From the NCBI GenBank assembly GCA_904063045.1, contig CAJFCJ010000002.1, positions 682,001 to 746,000 on the forward strand: DNA of 64,000 nucleotides. The letters run 5' to 3'. Of this stretch, positions 55,222 through 64,000 are shown piece after piece (within the stretch, counting starts at the first letter, position 1; every line of letters begins with the position of its first letter). The notes under the pieces were generated by a model, which saw only the letters and a list, made by a program, of their open reading frames with translations, made no database searches and was not told where the DNA came from. The translations under genes were made by a program, and so were the position numbers. Origin of the DNA: Dimorphilus gyrociliatus (taxonomy: Eukaryota; Animalia; Annelida).

Positions 55222-57340
55222 TTACTGGTTATTTAAATTTTTTGGAGTATGTTCTAATCTACTCATGTCACTCAAAGGCTCTTTTTCATCACTCTCTTCT
55301 TGCACTGTTGTGAGATTTCTATCTCCATCTCTCGATCCTAACTCAGTACTCATGGAGCTACTACTACTCGCTGAAGGGTGGTCTTCCGGATGATAAGGCA
55401 ACATGCGATTTTCAAATGGATCTTGAAATTTTCTCTCTTGTAAAGGAGAAATGATTCCGCATGATTCAGCATAACTAGATGAAGACGAATATGCTCTATA
55501 TTCCTTTTTAGCCCATATACCTTCGCAGAGCTCTTCCGAAATTTTCCCATTTTTGTTTTCACTAAGAAGTAATTCCTTATCCTTTATATGAATTAACTCT
55601 TCTCCTTCGGGGGGTACATTACAATCCTTATTATTTTCGTTATTGGGATATTTCGTAAGAAGATTTTCTAGCTCTAAGCAATTTGTCTCTATAAAATTCT
55701 TTGTAATCTCTTCACTGACTGAAATTTTGTCATCAATGTTTTCTAATTGTTCTTTTGTTGCCCTTTTACTGGATATCATTGACATTGTGTCTTCACTCTT
55801 GTTATCTTTGAAAGAAGTACACCATAAACTAGAACCCTCAGGTGTCAAGTGTCCTGGAGAATAAGTATGGTCATCTCCTTCCAGTTCTTCATCCTGTACT
55901 TTTTCGATAGCAATCGGACATTTTTGTAAAAACATCTGTTCTACTTTTTTAGGATTTTCACAAATGGTCATTTTCAAATTAAGAAGCTCTACTCTTAAAG
56001 TGGAGAGTTTATCTTCCTCGACATGGGCTAGCATATTTATTCTTTTGTCCAGAAAGAGAGGTAAATTTCCGGAAGCGACAAAAAAGATCATGTAGTCTAA
56101 AAATAACATGAACCAAACAGCTAATGAGAAATTAGCATTTGCATGTTGTCGGCAAATTTTTAAGGTGATGTTACAAATGATATCTTGTTGTAGAATCTTT
56201 AAAGTATTTTTGGTAAGACTTAAATTTTCAAACAGTTTTATTGCCTTTTGTAGTTGAGTTAAATGAGGTATACGAAATATCTCATGAACATACAACTTCA
56301 AAACAGGTAAAAAATTTATGGACCAATAGCCAGGAAACGTTTTTTCCAATAAAAGTTTTTTATACTGCTTCAATGAAGCGCTTGGGAAAACTTGTAAAAT
56401 CTCGTCAGTTACTTGACCTTCTAAACTCCACAAAATATTTCCGAAATCAATTTGATTTTTTATTTTATGCAAAATCCTGGTACCTTCGAAACACATAGGT
56501 GGTTTTTTGGGCATTGGATTATTGACGCTTGCCCCTGCTGGCCATCCTTTACCTCTAATAACCGGAATTATATTTACTGTAACGTAATTGCTTTTTGCAT
56601 CTAGATTTTTATCATCATTACCAACACTCTTATTTTGGGAACAAGCCAAAGAAACTTGCAAGATTGGAACTTTCGAAATTATTTCAATTTTGAACGTGGC
56701 CCGTTTAATAACTTCCTGTACTCCTGAAAAGTAATACATTTATTGTAAAAATGGGTATATGAGGTTTTTAGATCAATTCAATACCTTTAATTAAGTAAAA
56801 GTACACATAAGCTGAACTTATTTGTTTAGTATCTTCATTCAACAGATGGCCCCACTTTCTTAGCTCTGCTCTACTTTCTTCAGCTGTCAATTTATCAGAA
56901 AATCGGTAAACGGCTCTTCCTGAAGATATTCCTTTATGGATTCCAGACAAAATCTAATAAAGAATAGTAAAAGCAAATTTAGGTAATTACTGTGCTCACA
57001 ATATGAGTAAAATTACCTGAAAAGCATCTTGATGAATTGATCTACTCATTGGAATTCTCAGATTAAATTCATAAAAATTTAATTGTTGAACTATGCCGCC
57101 TAGTTCAAATTCTTCATCGATACATTTCGAAAAGTGAATGCTCAGCTTCTGAAATGATTTGTATAAAGATGAAGTGAAGCATTTTACTCTATTCCAATTT
57201 TTTGTGAGTAATTCTCTACTGCCTTTAGTTTCGCCATACTTTTTGACCTTTATCTTCCGGAAAGCAAACTCTAAAGACGCCTCTAACTGTTTTTCAAAGC
57301 ATTCCTCCTTAGACATTCCCGCCTGAAATTTACCTGCCAT
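55222..57340 (-). CDS. Mab-21/cGAS-like (cGLR-fold) protein, 664 aa, catalytic residues degenerate, acidic disordered tail; exons 57340-57017, 56953-56785, 56723-55222
   Basis: YEFNLRIPM, GRAVYRFSD...KWGHLLNEDTKQISSA, TVNIIPVIRGKGWP and FVASGNLPLFLDKRINML occur in the same order as the Mab-21 motifs EFE/D, GCAVLKLSD..W...YLSA, V(D/Q)I.PA...WP and CL....PHYF.P..NL. Confidence 0.75.
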
Positions 57341-57727
57341 TCGATGTTCTTTGCTTTACAGCAGGCAATCAAATAGAAATACAACAAAGATTTATACAAA
57401 AGCTCTCTTATGATTAGACTTTAATAAATGACGGGGATTAGTGGATAATATAGGAACTAACTAAATATTAAATATTCTATTCAAAAAACTTATTTATATG
57501 CCTGACGTCATGAGAGTTTTCCTATTCATATCGATTTCATCAGTATTCTTGACATATTCATGCAATGTGAACAGGAATGCTCTTTCATTTAGTTTTTTAA
57601 CAACACACTGAAAACATTTTCTCGAAAATATTCATTATAACTGCATTGCTAAATACAATGAAATTAAATTCTACATTCAAGAAAACTTAAACGTCTACTA
57701 ACATTGAAATGAATTTTAGAGGAGTTA

Positions 57728-59700
57728 TTATATTTGTGATAGGTCAGCAGCTGATTGAGATGCACTCTGTACGGTTCTTTGTTGATTGTCATCTGTTGAC
57801 AATCGAAAACAACTACAGGAAAGTACTTGGTAGGTGAGAACGAAAACCGACGAATTTATGTAGCACAGTATATTTGCTGTGAGAATAGCAGCGAGTGAAG
57901 TTTGAACTTCGTATCTTGTTAAAAATCCAATGAAATATCTTGGTGAGACACAAATAAAGGTAAACGCAGCGCAAATTTTCAGTTTGTTATGCAAGTCAGT
58001 GATTGCCTGATTTTGTATATTGACCATCTTTATCGCATTATACATTAAAAAACAGAGAGGAGCTAAAATTCCAGTGCAGAGAACAACAAACACGAAAGAC
58101 CGAGAATTTCTATTAACTGTTGTATAATCGAGATTGCAGATGTTTCCATCTAATGGGATTAGATAATTGGGGGAAATAACATTAAATTGAATGTTAATTG
58201 AGCTGTTACCTTGAAATGGCAAATAAACATTTTGGTAAATTTTAGTATTTAACAGAAGGGCATCGACAGAAACTGATTCATTAGGAAATATGGAATCAGA
58301 TAAAGCTTTGTTTAATTCTCCAGTTATCCAAGAAGTTAACAAGCACTTCCAAGACGAAGACTCGCTAACCCGTCCAACCAGCTGAATTAAAGGAAAAGCA
58401 TCTATATTGTCGACAGCAAAAGAATAGGGTATAATTCCAGCGGATTTTAAGCCATAGTCAATTTTATGCGAAAGAGAACTGTTGGACATCTTTTGATTCA
58501 TATAAACTGAGGTAGAATTTCGAATTGTAAGAGTAAGAGGAAAATGACCTTTAAGGAAATTTATTTCACCCCATCCATAAATTGGAGCAACGGAAACTAA
58601 CAATAACATCAATTCTATACCCCAAAATATTATTTTTATGTTTAAATTTGAAAATATTCCCACATGTTCTTGTTTATTAGTTGTAAACATTTTTCTGCAA
58701 GTAAAAGATGATTAATATTAGATCATAACTACAAGATATATGTACCGTTCCATAAAAATGATAGCAATCAACCAAGTTGTTGTAGATGAGAGCAACATAT
58801 CAAGAACACCAACCACTTGACATAATATATTACCTGCTTTATAATTTTCTAAAAGCGAAAAAAGTATAAAACTAGATGATAATTAAAGGTATATAATATT
58901 AACAGGGTTTTCTGAGCAATTGTTTATCACGTTTTGAAAATAATAGTAAATACGTCCAAATTTAATCTGATGAATTGAGTTTCTTAAATTGATAAACTAT
59001 TGAAAATTAAGCAGTCTCGCTCAGCTGTGTTTCTACTAATATACTTGTATAAAAATCTTTTTAGAAAATATTTTTCTTTTAATACAGTTTCTAGTTCTAT
59101 TTGAGAGCAAATAATTAGGTATCGGGTTTTTTTCGCATGACTGCTATAGTCTATTGAAAATTTTTTCGTGTAATGAATTTCGTTAACAATTTCTTATTAC
59201 GACAAAATGATGACAGAAAACGTGAACTTGTTACAATATTAATTAACTCTATAAGAAAGATAAAATTAGTTTAAAAATATTTCTATTTTTCTACCGACTA
59301 TCTATTTAAATGATAACTATCTCTTTTATTCTATTACAAGAAAATTGACTTACGAAATGTTAGATATGAGATGTGAATTAGCAGTAAACTTATCGTATTA
59401 AACAAGCAGGCTTTTGATAAACTTCTCATTAAGCAGATCAATGACTTTGATAAAACTAAAGAATTTTGAGTCTGAAATCTGAAAAGATGTTTTTAAATTT
59501 CCTCTTAATATTGTATCATAATAGTACCTCTTTAAAAAAAGAGCATGGCTCATGATAACACTGAGTAGGCATGTCACAACAGTTGCGTTTTTTATCCTTT
59601 CGAAAGGATTTTCTTCTTTTTTTGCTCGACAAATTTCCATTTCTTGATCAAACCCTGTCTCAGTTAGTAAGAGATTTTCTCTCATTTGATCTAGCGCCAT
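57728..59700 (-). CDS. Divergent class A GPCR, 455 aa, with a very large ECL2; exons 59700-59528, 59478-59354, 58848-58746, 58694-57728
   Basis: The four exons join in frame. TM3 GNILCQVVG...TWLIAIIFMER; TM4 ...APIYGWG; ECL2 end CNLDY; TM5 LAPLCFLMY; TM6 FICVSP; TM7 LCYINSSV. Confidence 0.8.
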
Positions 59701-60240
59701 CTACATTGAAAGTGTTCTATGAACAAAACCCTCAAAAATATTTCTGGTAATCACAGAAGTAATTTTTTTTTGTCTTTGGACCACTTATAAATTATTAAAC
59801 TTGCATTTGCTATATATTTAATAAGTTCCTTTTTTCAATCGTTCTCTAAAGATTTATCGACTACGAAAGATAAAACAAAAGGCTTTGGGTGATTTCTCAC
59901 AGCCTTTGAGAGAATAAATAATAAAATAATCAGCATTATTGATCGTTAATTTGTCTAGGGAATATTGTAGTGTACAATTACCGCTATTTAAACTCAAACT
60001 TGTCAGTTTTAGATCATACTATGAAACTTCTCTTATTCTATAAAACCTTTTTGAAATTAATTTAAGATACGAAAACATTTTTCATTTATTAATAATTCTT
60101 TATAGTATATATTGAATTGAAATAAGCCAAAGCAAATAGTTATAGTCAATAGTGATAGAACTGAACTGTTCAGAACCTTTGTCAAAGGATTACCTTTGAA
60201 TTATAGTCCTATCACTGGTGCTTAACTACAATTTTACACT

Positions 60241-63139
60241 ATGGCTCACATGCAAGAGAGACTATTGCAGCTAATTTCTAAAGATTTTACCAAGAGAAAT
60301 CATCAAGAAATCCTAGGTTTACTGCCCTGGCTACGAAAAAGAAGTCCATTATTCTTGAATTTACATACAGGTTTTTTTAGAATTATTTGACTATCTCTTA
60401 CAATTCTTAATTTTGTTCAGATTTAATTGTTGACATTATCAAAGAGTGTGAATATGAAAGAATTGAGCGTGATGAAGTCGTTATAAAACAGGGTGAAATA
60501 GGAGATTGGTAAGTGCTCACTTTCGTGGAAAAAGAAGCTTTTCTTAAATCAGTACACAAATTTTAGCTTTTTTATTATCCTTACTGGAACTGTCAGTATC
60601 TATATTGACACTGCCAAAAGTGAAGAAGATAGTAATTTTTCTCCAACTAGGAGAACAAATGTTGTGAAAAGAAGATCAGCGAGAGCAGATACAGGTCATA
60701 GTGAGGTTTTTGACGATGAAAAGGAAGACGATTGGGATAATTCAATAACAGAATCAAGGAGTTCGCCTGTTTCACCAGATAAACAGAAATCACCAACGAG
60801 AAGAAGAGCAACTAAACAGCAACTTAGGCAGCGAAAATATTCTCTTGACAGATCTAAATATGGAAATTTCATTTTACAATTAGGTAAGTGAAAATATTCA
60901 ATTTTAGAGAAATATAATAGTTTCGTGCGACAAAAAAAGATGCAGGAAAGAGCTTTGGTGAACTAGCTCTAATTAACGAAGATTCATCAAGAAATGCCAC
61001 AGTTATTACGGATGAAACCTGTGACTTTTTGGTAGTGGATAGAAGTCTTTACGAAAGAACTTTAAAAGTAAATATTAATCATATCTTATACTGAATATAC
61101 ATAACTTACTATTACTATATCGTATGCTGTAGTATTTTTACAAAAACACCGTATTCAATGTTGAAATGTAACTTTCACTAGAATCATCAAGAGGCTGAAC
61201 TAAATGATCGCAAAAATTTTGTGAATCACCACATTCTCTTTAAAAAATGGCCTCCTAGACTGAAAAATCTCCTAATTATGTCCTTAATAAAGGAAATGTA
61301 TCAATTTGATTCCCTCTTGGTTCAACAAGGACAAAAAATAAATGGGTTGATATTCTTAAGGAGGTAGATATATTATATTAAGAGTTATACAATCATTTAA
61401 CTAATTAATTTTTATACTATAGAGGAAAAGCATTAATAGAATGCGAGCCTTTAAAGCACGAGATTCAATATCCGAATCAAATTCCTTTTATAACTACTGA
61501 AAAAGAAGCTATATTACAGCTAGACATGAGGAGAAAAGTTAAAAATAATTGTAGCAAGTCTATTAGGAACAAAAGAGTAGAAACTCGCAGGTTTGGAGGA
61601 TATGCATCAGCTGAACAACAAGAGCGAGAAAAAAATGTCTGCCTATGCCACGTAGGGGAAGGGGAGATAATTGGAGATTTGGAAATGGCATGCGATTTGT
61701 CAACTTATGCTGTAACTGTGAAGAGCAATGCCGCGACTGATGCATATATCCTAACAAAAAATAATGTTGAGAGGCTGTTTAACCGTAAAGCAGCATCCGA
61801 TACTTTAAAAATATTAAGAGAACTTTTTTTTAAAAAACTAACTTCCCGATTAAAAGGACCTAAAGCTGGAGATATTCCACTTTTGTCTCATTTGTACTTT
61901 GTTCTCCAAACTCCTCCACCAAAGAGCCATTCTCTTCCTGAGTTTGCATTAGGCCAAAAGGCAAAAGCTAAATTACCAGACGACGAAATGCTTTTTTCTC
62001 ATCAGCTGCAACAATACAGCAAAGGTCGAGCGGAATTGTGCTTACCTATTCTACACGAGTCGTATTACTTAAAACATTCTATGCAAGAGCGAGCAAGAAT
62101 ACGTAAGAGTGTACAAAAACATAACTCGCAAGAAATAAGAGCTAAAAGGCATCGGAGAACTATGCAGCCTCCCAAAGCTAGAAGTTTAAAAGCATTAAGA
62201 ATGGCTTTAAATGAGCATGAAGAAAAGGCAATTAAAAAACAGAGAGAAGAAATAGTTGCTGAAATTAAGCGTCAACGAGATGAGGAATTGAAATACTTGT
62301 TCGAAAACGCAATAAAGCAGAAAGAAAATTTACCAAAATTGCCAAAATTTTATAGACGACTTGAAGAGAATATAGACAACTTGATAAAGAAAGAACCATT
62401 ACCCAGTATACCAATAGAGCCTAAAATTGATCAAGATTTATCAGCATGTATTGAAAATTCAGATACAAGCTTTCAGAGTGAATCTATGATATCGAAATCA
62501 GAGATAAGTGAGTTAAAGACTGGTGATACACAAATTATTATGAGAAAAGGTCCTCCTTACCTTATGCCTATTAAAGAAAAAACTGTAATTTCGGAGTTTA
62601 AAGAGAATGATGAGATAAAAAGCGAAGAAGAATCTGAAAAAGACATAGAGATTCAAGAGCAACAAGAATATCAGAAATTGAACAATGACAAGCAAAATAT
62701 TGAAAGACCTCTGTCCAATGTTTTCCTTTGGAAGAAGTATCGTAGTGTAGCCTCTCGACACCCTTCTTACAGAGACTGGGAAACAAGTGACAAAACATTA
62801 TCATTCTTGGAAGATCGACTTCGGCAATTTAGGACCCCAAAACAGAAAGTAACTTTCCTCCCAAAACTTAAAAGATTCGAAACTAATGACCACTTAACTG
62901 AAGATCAGCCCAAACCTGGTGGAAGAGTACTTGTCAAGTCAACCAGATGCCCAGAAGGAAAGTCTGAGCGAACTTTTGCTAATCATGAGCATGTACGATA
63001 CAGCCTTGTTGAAACTCTTCCTAATTATCAAAATTTGCATAAAAACAAACTTTTACAACACATGTTCATGGATAAAGCTATAGAATCGTACAAAAAAACT
63101 ACTACGGGTGAAACTTCTAACCAAGTAGTGCTTCCTTAA
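60241..63139 (+). CDS. Cyclic-nucleotide-binding domain protein (CNBD2-like) with two cNMP domains, 6 exons
   Basis: VIKQGEIGDCFFIILTGTVSIY, phosphate-binding cassette SFGELALINEDSSRNATV, and a second domain with LVQQGQKINGLIFL...GEIIGDLEM. Exons join in frame. Confidence 0.9.
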
Positions 63140-63519
63140 ACATTTACACTTTCATAAAACTTTGTTCAACAATTAATCATAAATAAAATAAATATTTGAC
63201 TCTGTAAAACTTTTTATTTTAAAAAACAGATATATGAAGTTTGTTTCAAATAAGTTCTTTCTGTAGCTGAAAATTTGCTTCATATATTACAATATGTATT
63301 TAACATTCTCACTTGAATATATTAAATTTCGATTTTCCTATATAGAATTTCGATTTAGTGACTGTTGAGTTTACTTTGGAGAGAATATCCTCTTCTCTTA
63401 TTGGCAAAATAATGCACCATCCCATTTGAAAGGCAAATAAACTCTATTGATAGTAAGTTCTGTATATATAGAGTGGAATAGTCTATGGCTATCTTGCAGA
63501 TTAACTTCTCCAGTGAAAA

Positions 63520-64000
63520 ATGAGTAATTTTTTCTCGATTTATGTTCTCTTTATTCCTCTTATTTACTCGAGTCCTTGTCCCAACTATGTAAAATCATCA
63601 GCTTGGTTCAAGTCAGGTGGAATATGTTACTTTTCTAGTTATAAAGCTTCTCTTCCTGAAAAATCCGCTGTGGCAGCTGAGATTTCATGTTGGATGCATC
63701 ATTCCTCTATGAGAATAGCTTCTTTTAAAAATCAATTCGAGTTGAATGCAATTTTGTCAAATCTTCCAAGTGGGACAGAACATTTCATAGGACTATACAG
63801 ATGGGGACTATTTGCTGATAGGGATAATTGGAAATGGTCGAATCCTTTTTATGAGTACACTTTAGCTGCTTTTGAATCTTCCTGGAGCGTTAATGAACCA
63901 AATAATGGAGGAAATTATACTTTGTATGGAGTCCTCTATTCAGAGTGGATTCCATCATTATGTGACAAGCCGACCTATGTTAAGCTACCATATTTATGTA
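63520..64000 (+). CDS. Secreted C-type lectin domain protein (runs off the window end)
   Basis: Open frame from ATG 63520: signal MSNFFSIYVLFIPLIYS, then CP...WF..GGICY, AEISC, IASFKNQFE, FIGL...W.W, W.VNEPNN, W...C...PYLC. Absent from the ORF track because there is no stop in the window. Confidence 0.9.
   Translation, partial: MSNFFSIYVLFIPLIYSSPCPNYVKSSAWFKSGGICYFSSYKASLPEKSAVAAEISCWMHHSSMRIASFKNQFELNAILSNLPSGTEHFIGLYRWGLFADRDNWKWSNPFYEYTLAAFESSWSVNEPNNGGNYTLYGVLYSEWIPSLCDKPTYVKLPYLC

Noticed and set aside
57728-59700. Opsin identity for the large-ECL2 GPCR
   Set aside because: The P..GWG and C..DY motifs are opsin-like, but TM7 has no retinal-binding Lys.

Overview
AT-rich, gene-dense eukaryotic DNA with mostly 45-70 nt GT-AG introns, consistent with a compact invertebrate (lophotrochozoan-like) genome; the species cannot be determined. 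I reconstructed about 19 genes by hand-splicing: DIRAS, a truncated PNPO-like gene, two tandem secreted PAN-EGF-TSP1-SRCR-TSP1(n)-CASPR-type fibrinogen-like genes, a catalytically dead chitin-deacetylase-like gene, two non-alpha nicotinic receptor subunits, MFSD6, an orphan, a KY/hillarin-like pseudo-transglutaminase, SoxF, an orphan Cys-rich membrane proprotein, two convergent KCNE-like genes, an ankyrin gene, thioredoxin (absent from the ORF track), two divergent GPCRs, a Mab-21/cGAS-like gene, a cNMP-binding gene and a C-type lectin. The strongest leads are: (1) a convergent pair of KCNE/MinK-like single-pass proteins; (2) duplicated alternative terminal exons in both TSP1 paralogues, plus in-frame 3-nt and 12-nt micro-exon candidates; (3) a cGAS-like protein with degenerate catalytic residues; (4) a dynein-MTBD-like domain on a myristoylated pseudo-transglutaminase; (5) a GPCR with a ~143-aa ECL2. 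All family assignments come from manual translation and remembered motifs. No database search was run, and exon models need RNA-seq confirmation.
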